From Basidiobolus meristosporus CBS 931.73 (Eukaryota > Fungi > Basidiobolomycota), in NCBI GenBank assembly GCA_002104905.1, contig MCFE01000056.1, positions 62,001 through 126,000 of the forward strand: a DNA stretch of 64,000 nt, written 5' to 3'. Both the position numbers and the translations under genes were made by a program. The notes under the pieces were generated by a model. It saw only the letters and a program-made list of their open reading frames with translations, did not search any database and was not told where the DNA came from. Shown here piece after piece: positions 1-11,588 of the stretch (positions are counted from its first letter, which is position 1; every line of letters starts with the position of its first letter).

Positions 1-1166
1 TGAGCTGTACAGATGTTTGAGGTGGCCTTCTCGCGACGAATATGTTGCTCACGTGTTTGAAGAGCTAGTCGAAGCGCCTTCTTACCGGCAGCATCCTTCG
101 AGACGCCCACGATACGGCCTGGCATTCTTCTGGCGTTATCTTTGGTGCAGGCAAAGAAAGCGGCATGGGGCCCACCATAGCCGAGTGGAACCCCGAAACG
201 CTGACTGTTACCGAGAACAATATCTGCTCCGAATTCACCAGGTGGCTTGAGCATGGTCAAGGCGAGTAGGTCGGTAGCACAGACCACTTGGCCACCCAAT
301 TGGTGAATCCTATCGGTGAATCCTTGGTAATCAATAACGATACCGTCGTTGGCAGGATACTGAATCAGCACACCGGAGAGATCCTTCTGAGCCCCTTCGA
401 AGTCGTAGGTCTTGTAGTTACCAACGACAACGTTGATTCCAAATCCTTCGGCGCGAGTTTTCAACACCTCGATGGTCTGTGGATGACAGTTCTCGTCTAC
501 GAAGAAGGTCTTCTTTTTGTTTCGGCTAGCGGTGTAGCACATGACCATGGCTTCGCCGGCAGCAGTGCCTTCATCGAGCAAAGAGGCATTAGCGATCTCC
601 ATGCCAGTCAAGTCAGCGACCATGGTTTGATAATTGAGAAGGGATTCCAGTCGACCCTGGGAAATCTCGGCTTGATACGGGGTGTACTGAGTATACCACG
701 CGGGGTTTTCCATCACGTTTCTAAGGATAACGTTAGGAACCACAGTGTCAGTGTATCCCATACCGATGTATGAGCGATAGACCTTATTCTTGGAAGCAAT
801 ATCCTTCAAGCGCTTGAGAAGCTCTCTTTCCGGGTACCCGTTATCCAAAGCGAGCGCCTTGGCGGCACGGATAGAGGAAGGAACAGTCTTTGCAATAAGG
901 TCATCCACTGATTTGACACCAATGGTCTTCAACATGGAGTCCACGGCCTTCTCACCCGACCCATTGTGGCGGCGAGGGAAAGAGTCCAAAGGAGCAAACA
1001 CATCCTTGGCGGGTGGTTTGGCGGTGTGTAAAAATCGGGTGGCAAAACGAGGGGCAACGGAGGGCTTCGGAAGTGCTCTAACGACCAAGGGAGTTGCAAA
1101 GGACTTCAAAGTGACGGTGGTCCTGGACGTCAGCAAGCGAGCGGCTACACGGACGCTACAAGCCAT
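1..1166 (-). CDS. GCV2: Glycine dehydrogenase (decarboxylating), glycine cleavage P protein; 5' part only, runs off the window edge
   Basis: ATG at 1166 (minus strand). The frame is open to the edge: Arg-rich mitochondrial presequence [12 protein letters not shown]..., then [46 protein letters not shown] and [21 protein letters not shown], all hallmark GcvP motifs. Confidence 0.96.
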   Translation of the reverse strand, partial: MACSVRVAARLLTSRTTVTLKSFATPLVVRALPKPSVAPRFATRFLHTAKPPAKDVFAPLDSFPRRHNGSGEKAVDSMLKTIGVKSVDDLIAKTVPSSIRAAKALALDNGYPERELLKRLKDIASKNKVYRSYIGMGYTDTVVPNVILRNVMENPAWYTQYTPYQAEISQGRLESLLNYQTMVADLTGMEIANASLLDEGTAAGEAMVMCYTASRNKKKTFFVDENCHPQTIEVLKTRAEGFGINVVVGNYKTYDFEGAQKDLSGVLIQYPANDGIVIDYQGFTDRIHQLGGQVVCATDLLALTMLKPPGEFGADIVLGNSQRFGVPLGYGGPHAAFFACTKDNARRMPGRIVGVSKDAAGKKALRLALQTREQHIRREKATSNICTA

Positions 1167-1964
1167 TTTCCTAAAATCAGGGTGATTGGATTAATCCTGG
1201 ACCGAAGATAAGTGATAATCAGTAGATTACTTACGAGATAAAAGGTTGCTACGGGCTTGGGGGCTCCTCCCCCTTAGACGCACACAATAAATACAATCTT
1301 AATTCCACTGAGTAAAAGTACCAAGAATTTTTATTTATCTTTTGTTATTAAATCTCGACTTTACATCTTTTTGAGTCACACCTGTAACATCAATCAACCG
1401 AATGCATTCAGGCATCATCATTGGTTGTGAGTGTTAAGCCAGCCAGTAATAGTTAATACTCCCATATCTGGACCAGTGTCAGGATTATCTTCGTGTCATC
1501 TCGTAGAAGTAATCTCTCTTACTATAAGGAACTCCGAGAGACAGCCACAATCGTCAGTTTATACATGGAGTTTTGTCGAGCACCACCGGAATTCTGAAAG
1601 TTGCCGATTTGGTGTAACTTTCCCACCTTCTGTCAAACCAATTCTTCGTTTTTCAGCAGATTCCTTATTGCTTGTAAGAGTGGATTTAGCAAGTCCTGTT
1701 TCACCACTTAAACGGGAAGTTAAACTTATCTGCATAGACTGTGCATAGCCAATCTCCATCGAAATGTAAACAAATTTTGAAGTCAACACAGATGCTGTTT
1801 ATTGGATGTGGATGTTTTTGGGTAAAAATCAGGTAGTGCTCAATGTTGATACGGGTGTAGTTCTTCAACGCGCAGCCACAACATTGTAGTATACTTTCGC
1901 GTTCTACTAGTCAACATTCGTATCTCCCAATCCACACAAGATCTTCTTCCCTCACGGCCTATAG

Positions 1965-4900
1965 ATGGGGAAACTAATACGTTTGGAGTTGGAGAACTTT
2001 AAATCCTACAAAGGACGCCAGTTGATTGGCCCCTTTTACACCTTCACCTCGGTCATCGGTCCTAATGGAGCAGGTAAACTTTTCCTTTCTTCTTCCTCCC
2101 AAGTATCAACGCTGATTTATCCTCCCTTTTCTTTCCCTTGATCCAGGTAAATCCAACCTTATGGATGCCATCAGTTTCGTGCTTGGTGTGAAGTCGTCCC
2201 AGCTTCGTTCTTCTCAACTCAAAGACCTGATTTACAGAGGAAGAACGCTAAGAAAGGATGAATCGATGGAAGAGTCTACCCAGGAGGAGTCCATGCCCAC
2301 AAAAGCTTTCGTCACCGCCGTCTACGAGGATGACAGCAAGCAAGAGATCAGGTTCACTCGTACCATCACTTCCAGTGGAAGTAGCGAGTACAAAATCAAC
2401 GACAACGTGGTCACCTGGGCCCGGTACAACTCCGTCCTGGAGGAGCAAAATATCTTGATCAAGGCCCGGAATTTCCTTGTCTTTCAAGGCGACGTTGAGG
2501 CGATCGCATCCCAGTCTCCGAGAGATCTGACCCGATTGATCGAGCAGATCAGTGGTTCCCTAGAGCTCAAGGCGGAATATGAACGTTTGAAGGCTCTGCA
2601 GGAGAGAGCAACAGAGAATTCCGCGTTCAACTTCAACAAAAAGCGTGGAATCGCCGCGGAAATGAAACAGTTCCAAGAGCAGAAAGCGGAGGCAGAGCGT
2701 TTCGAGACGCTGATTCGGGAGAAATCCAAATGCATCGTCAATCATCTCGTATGGAGACTCTTCCACATCGAGAAGAATGTCACCAGCGAGGAAGAGGCGG
2801 TGGATCAGGATAGCGTCCAATTAACCGAGAAACAGAGGGACCAGTCGAGGCTGGAGAACCAGATTCGCGAGTTGAAGAGGGAGCAGGCGCGGATCCATCG
2901 GGAAAATCTGAAACTGGAGATGAACATTAAAAAAAGGGAAAGAGAGTACGAGGATCGCCGGCCGCAGCTCCTGAGTTTGGAGGAGAAGATCACTCACACT
3001 CAAAAGAAGATCAACCAAACAGAAACCAATATCACAAAGCTGAGGAAAGATCTCGACCGACAAACGCACAGCGTTAGTTCGCTGGATGTGGAGTTGGACA
3101 ATGTCACCAAGGCCGAGGAGAATTACGAAGCCTCCATGAGAGCAAGAAGCATTGGCGCCGCACAATTGACCGATGCTCAGTTGGCCGAGTATAACCAGAA
3201 GAAGGAGGAGGTCCGAGTTCAAACATACTCGGAGCAACAGCAATTGGACAACTTGCAGCGTCAGCACAAGACCAACTTTGAATCGCTCCAGCGTATTAAG
3301 GAAAAGGTCGACCAGCTTGAAAGGCAGCGGGATAAACTCAAGGAGGACAAGACTGGCCTCCTTGATCACAAAGAGAAGGTTCAAGGCCAAGTTGGTCAAA
3401 TCAGCCAAGAGCTGGATAAAGCGAAACAGAACCTGGCCAACGCCGTGGTTGAACGGGAGCGGATCATCCAAACCGAGCTGGAGCTAAATGAAAAGCTTAG
3501 CAGCACTCTCAACAAACTAATGGAGGCCAAGGTGGACCGTCGCGAGACCGAAAGAGAGCAACGAATGAAGGAGTGTTTGGAAACCATGAAGCGGATTTTC
3601 CCAGGAGTCCACGGACGCCTCGTCGACCTCTGCAAGCCCTCTCAGCGCAAATACGATGTTGCGGTGTCTATCGTTCTCGGGCGTAACATGGATGCTATTG
3701 TGGTCGACCAGGAGAAGACGGCGATTGATTGCATCCAATATATGCGTGAGCAACGTGTTGGTCAAGCCACCTTCTTGCCACTTGATACGCTCGTGATCAA
3801 GCCGATCAACGACAAATATCGGTCGTTTGCTAAGGGTGCCAGATTGGCAATTGATGTGATCCAACATGAAGCCTATCTTGAGCGGGCCCTTCAATATGCC
3901 TGCGGTAATGCACTGATTTGCGACACCCTTTCCGTAGCGAAGTACATTTGTTACGAGCGTGGACAAGAGGTCAAAACAGTCACCTTGGATGGCACCATCA
4001 TCCACAAGAGCGGTCTCATCACCGGTGGTCAGAGCGGGCTTTCTTCAGGTGCCCATCGTTGGGAGGAGAAGGAGATTGAAAATCTCAAACGCGCCAGAGA
4101 CTCCCTCTTCTCGCAACTCAATGAACTGGGAAGATCCAAGAGACGTATCAGCAATGAAGAGCAGTACAAGTCGGAGATCTCCGGTCTGGAATCTAGACTC
4201 GAGTTCACCCGAGAGGATTTCAATGCCACTAAGCGTAAGCTAGCAAGTATCGACCAAGAGCTTGAGCACATCGATGGCGAACTGGACGAGCTATCCCCCA
4301 AGCTAGATCAGATGTCAGCCAATATTGCCACCTTCGAGACGGAGATTACCCGCATCAAAGAGAGCATCTATCATATCGAGGATAGCATCTTCGAGGAATT
4401 CTGTCAATCCATCGGGGTCAGCAATGTCCGTGAGTACGAAGAAAGCCAGCTCAGATCTGCACAGGAATCCGCAGAGATGCGCATGAACTTTACCATACAG
4501 CGCTCTCGTCTTCAGAACCAGCTGGAGTTCGAACGACAACAGTTGGTTGAGACAACCGAGCGTCTGTCCAAGCTGCAATCGCTGCTTGTGCTGGATCAAA
4601 ATGCGCTTGAGGGGTTGACCTCTCAAAAGGAGACCCACATCCGCGAGAGCCAGGCCATCTCCAACGACATCTCCGAGCTCAGACGGGAGTTACTTTCCGC
4701 GGATACCGTGTTCGGTGACAAGACCGACGAGATCAACCAAATCAAGAAGCAACTGAACGTGGTGATGAGGGAGTTGGATCGCCTGATGAAGGAGATGGCC
4801 GCCAAGGAGTCGGTGATCGAAAAATTGAACGTCGAAAGAACCTCGATCTTTAGACGGTGCAAGTTGGAGGAGATCGAGCTTCCATTGGCTCGCGGATCCC

Positions 4901-5766
4901 TTGAGGAGGTGCCTTTGGATGATTCTGAACGGATCAGAGATCCAATGGACGTTGATACCGCCACACAGACACCTACCCAGAGTCTAAGCCAGCGTTCCTT
5001 CCGCTCTTCTGATTGGACAATCGAGGTGGACTTCTCATCCCTATCCCGGAGTCAAAAGGAGACTGACAGCGACGAACTGAACAATGAGTTCAGGGAGAAG
5101 ATCAGAGATATCCAAGCGGAAATCGAGCGTTTGGCGCCCAACCTCAAGGTGTTTGACCGCATGGGAGATGTACAGAATCGGTTGAGAAGCACCGAGGAGG
5201 AGTTCGAGGAGGCGCGCCGAGAAGCCAAGGACGCCAAGGAAATGTTCAACTCCATCAAGCAGCAAAGATATCAGAAGTTCTACAAAGCGTACAGTCACAT
5301 CGCCGAGAAGATCGACCAGATCTACAAGGATCTGACCAAGAGCAAAACCTTCCCATTGGGCGGAACCGCGTATCTCAGTTTGGAGGATAGCGAGGAGCCG
5401 TACCTGGATGGGGTCAAATATCACGCCATGCCGCCGATGAAACGCTTCCGTGATATGGAGCAGCTCTCGGGTGGAGAGAAAACCGTCGCCGCACTTGCCT
5501 TGTTATTCGCCATTCACAGCTACCAACCCTCACCATTCTTCGTGCTCGATGAGGTGGACGCGGCGTTGGATAATGCCAACGTGGGCAAGGTGGCGAACTA
5601 TATCCGGGAACACGCAGGCGACAACTTCCAATTCGTGGTCATCTCCCTCAAACAATCCCTCTACGAAAAAGCCCAATCGCTGGTCGGTATCCACCGAGAT
5701 CAAGATGTAAATAGTAGCAAAGTGTTGACCTTGGACCTGACCCAGTACCCAGTGGACGAGAGTTGA
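1965..5766 (+). CDS. SMC1: Cohesin ATPase subunit Smc1; 2 exons (1965-2073, 2147-5766), intron 2074-2146
   Basis: [17 protein letters not shown]; Walker A GPNGAGKSN is split by a GT-AG intron. Hinge region, coiled coils, [14 protein letters not shown] signature LSGGEKT and Walker [12 protein letters not shown] are present. The motifs are Smc1-type. Confidence 0.97.
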
Positions 5767-6001
5767 TCTAAATTTAGCAAGTCTCCTCTCTTTTGCAACG
5801 CTTTCTATTTGCTTATGTGTATGGCCGCATGAAATCTAATGTAGATAAATGATCACTCGATTGCCGAATAAATTCCCTTATCGTCAACTACGGATCCTGG
5901 GTTATGCAAACGTAATCGATAACGCGGGTGATCTTTCTCCCGACATCATTTATATAAGCGAGGGTGTTGCGTTGTCATCTACGCAAAACGAACCAGAAAC
6001 T

Positions 6002-6852
6002 ATGTCAAATTTCTCTTCCACAGCATACAACAGCAAGGCGTATTCCCAATTCCGTCCCAGCTACACGGAGGAGCTTTTCCAAACCATCTACAGGTTCCAC
6101 CAAGGTGGCTATGGGAAGGCGCTGGATGTGGCGACTGGTACCGGTCAGGTCACCAAGGGGCTTGCTAATAAATTTGATCAGGTCCATGGTATCGATATCT
6201 CCGAGTCTCAGATCGCTGAGGCTTACAAGGCTGATAATATCACCTACTCGGTTGGCATCGCTGAGGAACTCCCCTTCGAAGATGCCAGCTTTGACTTGAT
6301 CACGGTGGCTGAGGCGGCCCACTGGTTCAACACGGAGCGCTTCTTTAAAGAAGTTAAGCGTGTCCTGAAACCCAATGGAACCTTGGCCGTATGGGGTTAT
6401 TCCTGTGCACCATTGAAGGCGGCTCCGATAAGGTGCGAGATGTAGTTAGAGAATTAGGATTTAGTCCATCCAAGTTAGGAAGTAGTTGGGGTGCTAGTGC
6501 ACTTGAAATTTTAAAGAAATTCTATACCGATTCTGGTTGGGAGAAGTTTCCTCAGGAATTTAAGCATGTTGTAAGATATGAATCCCCCAAGCAGCAGGAA
6601 TCTGCCCTTGAGATCCCAGAAGGGAAGATGTTTGTGGAGATGCGCAGCATGGAGGTTTGGAGGTTCAGAGAGTATCTCAAAACCTGGTCATCCTACAAGA
6701 GATACAAGGAGACCAATCCCACTGGTGATCTTGCTGATGAATGTGTGGAGTTCATCATTCAGCATTACAATCCAGGTTCCCCGTTGAAGGAGGAGGATGT
6801 TCTTCCTTTGTCATGGTCTCAGATTCTCCTCCTGGCCTCAAACAGAGAGTAA
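6002..6852 (+). pseudogene. Class I SAM methyltransferase (Crg1/Tmt1-like, Methyltransf_11), copy 1, with a -1 frameshift near 6401 (true pseudogene or sequencing error)
   Basis: Near-identical to copy 2 but 851 nt instead of 852 nt. It reads TATTCCTGTGC where copy 2 has TATTCCCTGTGC, which splits it into ORFs ending at 6445 and 6852. Confidence 0.75.
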
Positions 6853-7225
6853 GCCAGAATGAAGTATCTTGAAATAAAATCTCTTCATTTTACCGAGACA
6901 CTGACATGCTATCTTGTAGTTGAAGTTTTCAGAGGCGTGAGAAATGAGTGATGGTGACATAGGAAGTCAATGATTAACAGATTTGAGTTGATCTAAATTT
7001 AGCAAATCTCCTCTCTTTTGCAATGTTTTCTATTTGCTTGTGTATGGCCACATGAAATCTAATGTAGATAAATGATCACTCGATTGCCGAATAAATTCCC
7101 TTATCGTCAACTACGGATCCTGGGTTATGCAAACGTAATCGATAACGCGGGTGATCTTTCTCCCCGACCTCATTTATATAAGCGAGGGTGTTGCGTTGTC
7201 ATCTACGCAAAACGAACCAGAAACT

Positions 7226-8077
7226 ATGTCAAATTTCTCCTCCACCGCATACAACAGCAAGGCGTATTCCCAATTCCGTCCCAGCTACACGGAGGAGCTT
7301 TTCCAAACCATCTACAGGTTCCACCAAGGTGGCTATGGGAAGGCGCTGGATGTGGCGACTGGTACCGGTCAGGTCACCAAGGGGCTTGCTAATAAATTTG
7401 ATCAGGTCCATGGTATCGATATCTCCGAGTCTCAGATCGCTGAGGCTTACAAGGCTGATAATATCACCTACTCGGTTGGCATCGCTGAGGAACTCCCCTT
7501 CGAAGATGCCAGCTTTGACTTGATCACGGTGGCTGAGGCGGCCCACTGGTTCAACACGGAGCGCTTCTTTAAAGAAGTTAAGCGTGTCCTGAAACCTAAT
7601 GGAACCTTGGCCGTATGGGGTTATTCCCTGTGCACCATTGAAGGCGGCTCCGATAAGGTGCGGGATGTAGTTAGAGAATTAGGATTTAGTCCATCCAAGT
7701 TAGGAAGTAGTTGGGGTGCTAGTGCACTTGAAATATTAGAGAAATTCTATACCGATTCTGGTTGGGAGAAGTTTCCTCAGGAATTTAAGCATGTTGTAAG
7801 ATATGAATCCCCCAAGCAGCAGGAATCTGCCCTTGAGATCCCAGAAGGGAAGATGTTTGTGGAGATGCGCAGCATGGAGGTTTGGAGGTTCAGAGAGTAT
7901 CTCAAAACCTGGTCATCCTACAAGAGATACAAGGAGACCAATCCCACTGGTGATCTTGCTGATGAATGTGTGGAGTTCATCATTCAGCATTACAATCCAG
8001 GTTCCCCATTGAAGGAAGAGGATGTTCTTCCTTTGTCATGGCCTCAGATTCTCCTCCTGGCCTCAAACAGAGAGTAA
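7226..8077 (+). CDS. Class I SAM-dependent small-molecule methyltransferase (Crg1/Tmt1-like), copy 2, 283 aa, intronless
   Basis: SAM motif I ALDVATGTGQ, DLITVAEAAHWF and VLKPNGTLAVWGY. ATG at 7226 follows a TATA-like TTTATATAAG. Confidence 0.88.
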   Translation: MSNFSSTAYNSKAYSQFRPSYTEELFQTIYRFHQGGYGKALDVATGTGQVTKGLANKFDQVHGIDISESQIAEAYKADNITYSVGIAEELPFEDASFDLITVAEAAHWFNTERFFKEVKRVLKPNGTLAVWGYSLCTIEGGSDKVRDVVRELGFSPSKLGSSWGASALEILEKFYTDSGWEKFPQEFKHVVRYESPKQQESALEIPEGKMFVEMRSMEVWRFREYLKTWSSYKRYKETNPTGDLADECVEFIIQHYNPGSPLKEEDVLPLSWPQILLLASNRE

Positions 8078-8286
8078 GCCATAACGAAGTATCTTGAAAT
8101 AAAATCTCTTCATTTTACCCCAGACACTGACATGCTATCTTGTAGTTGAAGTTTTCAGAGGCGTGAGAAATGAGTGATGATGACATAGGAAGTCAATGAT
8201 CAACAGATTTGGGTGATGGTTTTGCCTGATTCACATGACATATTTACTTGATATAATGGCTGCCTCCAAGTCAATTTTTTGCAGTC

Positions 8287-9132
8287 ATGTCAGCATTCTC
8301 GAAAGTGGCATACAACAGCAAAGCGTACGCCCAGTTCCGCCCTAGTTACACCGACCAACTTTACCAAACCATCTATGAGTTTCACCAAGGTGGGTATGGC
8401 AAGGCGTTGGACGTAGCCACTGGCACTGGTCAGGTTACCAAGGCACTGGCTGACAAATTCGAGAAGGTTCACGGAATTGACATATCGGAGACTATGTTGT
8501 CCGAGGCCACGAAAGGGGACAACATAACTTACTCCATCGGCTTCGCGGAGGAACTTCCTTTCGAAGACGCAAGCGTCGACTTGATCACGGTGGCTGAGGG
8601 GGCCCATTGGTTCAACACGAAAAAATTCCTCAAAGAGGTCAAACGTGTCTTGAGGCCGAACGGAACCCTAGCCATATGGGGATACTCTTTCTGCTTCATC
8701 GAAGGCAGTTCCGAGAAGATTCGAAATAGCGTTGAAGAGCTGGGAGTAAACCCGGCCAAGTTGGGGAATAATTGGGAGGCTGGGCGAGAGATACTGGATA
8801 ATTTCTATCGAGACTCCGGTTGGGAGGAGCTGCCCAATGAATTTAACCATGTTCTGAGATATGAATCGCCCAAAAAAGAACCCTCTGCTCTGCATATCCC
8901 AGATGATAGTATATTCATTGAGCTACGTAGCATGGAGGTATGGAGATTTAGAGAGTATCTCAAGACTTGGTCGTCTTACAAGCAATACAAAGAGGCGAAT
9001 CTGCCTGGCGATCTTGTGGACGAATGTGTAGAATTTGTGAAAAGAGAGTACAATCCAGGGACACCACTCAAAGAGGATGATGTCCTTCCGTTATCATGGC
9101 CTCAGGTGCTTCTTTTAGCCTCAAACAGATGA
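8287..9132 (+). CDS. Class I SAM-dependent methyltransferase (Crg1/Tmt1-like), diverged copy 3, 281 aa
   Basis: Same motifs (ALDVATGTGQ, DLITVAEGAHWF, VLRPNGTLAIWGY). Collinear with copies 1 and 2 but with many synonymous and non-synonymous changes. Confidence 0.88.
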   Translation: MSAFSKVAYNSKAYAQFRPSYTDQLYQTIYEFHQGGYGKALDVATGTGQVTKALADKFEKVHGIDISETMLSEATKGDNITYSIGFAEELPFEDASVDLITVAEGAHWFNTKKFLKEVKRVLRPNGTLAIWGYSFCFIEGSSEKIRNSVEELGVNPAKLGNNWEAGREILDNFYRDSGWEELPNEFNHVLRYESPKKEPSALHIPDDSIFIELRSMEVWRFREYLKTWSSYKQYKEANLPGDLVDECVEFVKREYNPGTPLKEDDVLPLSWPQVLLLASNR

Positions 9133-9169
9133 AATAAATCACTTTTATTGACAAACCGACGTATGAACC

Positions 9170-11238
9170 CTATTTCTTTTTCTCGCTGTCATTGTCAACT
9201 ACCGTCTCCCCATCGCTGCTATCCCCTGAACCACGGTTCTTGTAGACCGCCTCAAACACCTTAAGACTTGCTTGCTGCAACTCGAATGTACCTTTTCTCA
9301 GCTCTTCCGGATCCGCTTCCTCACCCTTGGCGATCTTCTCTCTCAAAAGGGCGATCTGCTCCTGCAACTTCTTCGCCTCCTCCTGATCGATCTGATCCTT
9401 GAAATCATTGATATGCTTCTCTGTTTCGTGCACCGCCGACTCGGCGTTGTTGGATGCCTCGATGGCTTCCTTGCGCTTGATGTCCGACTCGGCAAACTGC
9501 TCGGCGTTCTTGACCATGTTTTCAATCTCGTCCTTGCTTAATCCAGATGAGGCGACAATGGACATGGACTGGTCACGGCCAGTTGCTTTGTCTTTGGCAC
9601 TGACATTGACAATCCCGTCCGCATCAATGTCGAAGGTCACCTCGATCTGAGGAACTCCCCGAGGTGCGGGTGCAACGCCAGTGAGGTTGAACTCTCCAAG
9701 AAGCTTGTTGTCCCGAACGAGCTCACGTTCACCTTGGAAGACCTTCACTTGTACCTGAGTCTGACCATCTGCTGCGGTAGAGAAGACCTGGGCTTTCTTC
9801 GTGGGAATGGTGGTGTTACGGTTGATCAATCGCGTAAACACACCTCCCAAAGTTTCGATACCAAGCGAGAGTGGCGTCACGTCCAGCAAAAGGATATCCG
9901 ACACCGATCCGGAAAGCACTCCGCCCTGGATGGCTGCACCAATGGCGACCGCCTCATCAGGATTCACGCTCTTCGCTGGCTCTTTATTGAAGATGCTCTT
10001 CACCGACTCGACGACTTTTGGCATACGCGTCATCCCTCCAACCAGAACTACATCGTGAATGTCCGATACACTGACTCCGGCATCCTTGATGGCCTTCTTA
10101 CATGGCTCCACCGTACGGTCCATCAACGGTTTCATCATCGTTTCGTACTTGGTGCGACTAAGCTTCATGTTGATGTGCTTGGGTCCAGTAGCATCCGCGG
10201 TGATGTAGGGAAGGTTGATATCTGTTTGTAGGGAGGAGGACAACTCGATCTTGGCCTTTTCGCTTGCTTCGCGGATACGCTGGATGGCCATTCTGTCGTT
10301 GGTCAGATCGATGCCCTCGGATTTTTTGAAGTCGTCCACAATGTAGTTCACCAGTTTGATGTCGAAGTCCTCGCCGCCCAGGTGGGTGTCCCCGTTAGTC
10401 GACTTCACCTCGAACACTCCGCTCTGAATCTCCAAGATGGAGATATCGAAGGTGCCGCCACCAAGATCGTAGATGGCCACCGTACGATTCCCCTCCCGAT
10501 CTAGCCCGTAGGCCAATGCCGCGGCCGTAGGCTCGTTGATAACTCGAAGCACCTCCAACCCAGCAATTTTCCCTGCGTCTTTGGTGGCTTGCCGCTGGGC
10601 ATCGTTGAAGTATGCCGGCACGGTGACCACAGCCTGGGTGATCTTCTTACCCAAGAAACTCTCCGCCGTATCCTTCATCTTGGACAACACGAACGCACCT
10701 ATCTGACTGGGGGAGTATGACTTTCCCCGAGCCTCCACCCAGGCGTCCCCGTTGGAATGCTGGACGATCTTGTACGGCACGGCCTTGATGTCGTTCTGCA
10801 CCTCCTTGTCTTTGAACGTACGCCCGATAAGTCTTTTGGTGGCGAACAAGGTATTCTCCGGGTTGACGACCGCCTGCCGCTTAGCAGCCTGTCCAACCAA
10901 CAGCTCCCCCTCTTTGGTGAAGGCCACGATGGACGGGGTGGTTCTTGTACCTTCGGAGTTTTCCAGGATCCGGGGGTTCTTACCGTCCATGATGGCCACG
11001 CAAGAGTTGGTGGTGCCCAGATCGATCCCGATCACCGTGGAACCGCTTGAGCTATACGGTCTGGCCAAGATCCCCAGTGGGCTACCGGCCTAGAAGAAAA
11101 GCAAAAGGATCAGGGGACGCTCGTTGTGAGGGGGGGAGGGGTTTCCTGGCAGCGGGTAAATACCTTGAGTTGGGCGGTGTGCTTGAACGGGTTCGAGAGT
11201 CGCGTCCTGCGGAAGATATGCTTCGGAAGACTGTACAT
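9170..11238 (-). CDS. SSC1: Mitochondrial Hsp70 (DnaK family); exon 1 11238-11164, intron 11163-11090, exon 2 11089-9170; 664 aa
   Basis: [26 protein letters not shown] and [12 protein letters not shown]. The spliced N-terminus [39 protein letters not shown] is an Arg-rich presequence, and there is no EEVD or ER-retention tail. Confidence 0.95.
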
Positions 11239-11588
11239 GCTCGTGTGATAGAAAGAAATTTTCTCTGGTCTCCGACCATGCGGTTCAGTATATATATCCG
11301 CCTACACTGAACCACGGTATTTTTTCCACCGTATCGTCATGCTTGGTGCGCAAATCGGTCGGGTCTGCGAGAGAACGTCATTGGATATGATGGCATTTCA
11401 TGTGACGGTGAATATTCCCCGTCAGGTGAGGTTAGGGTGGTGGTTGTAAGGGTTTAGGGTGATTATTCTAGAAAGAATTTATTTCGTTGCATACAAAACG
11501 ATATCCAAAATATAAAATACCATGAGATTCTATACAAAAACATGTGTGGCTGGGGGAGGGAAGATTTACAGAGATTAGGCGGCGAATA

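Larger units (their letters stand above)
5761..8211 (+). repeat. Recent direct tandem duplication, two ~1.22-kb units (5761-6985, 6986-8211), each carrying one methyltransferase gene
   Basis: AGTTGATCTAAATTTAGCAA at 5761 recurs at 6986, and AGTCAATGAT(T/C)AACAGATTTG ends both units. The units differ only by scattered substitutions and 1-2 nt indels. Confidence 0.95.

Noticed and set aside
17-1185. Plus-strand ORFs 17-250, 288-773 and 790-1185
   Set aside because: Antisense shadows of GCV2, which the ORF track missed because it has no stop inside the window.
2248-5424. Many 60-216 aa minus-strand ORFs inside SMC1 (and plus-strand ORFs inside SSC1 and RAD21)
   Set aside because: Antisense to conserved genes and carry no recognisable motifs.
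5849-7392. N-terminal extensions MITRLPNKFPY... and MIFLPDLIY... on the methyltransferases
   Set aside because: They cover the SMC1 terminator and the TATA region, differ in frame between copies 1 and 2, and are absent from copy 3. The real start is MSNFS.
11430-11460. Two TTAGGG hexamers
   Set aside because: Not tandem and too few for an interstitial telomere.
11466-11473. TTCTAGAA heat-shock-element core upstream of SSC1
   Set aside because: Only two inverted nGAAn units; the third does not fit, so it is not supportable as a functional HSE.
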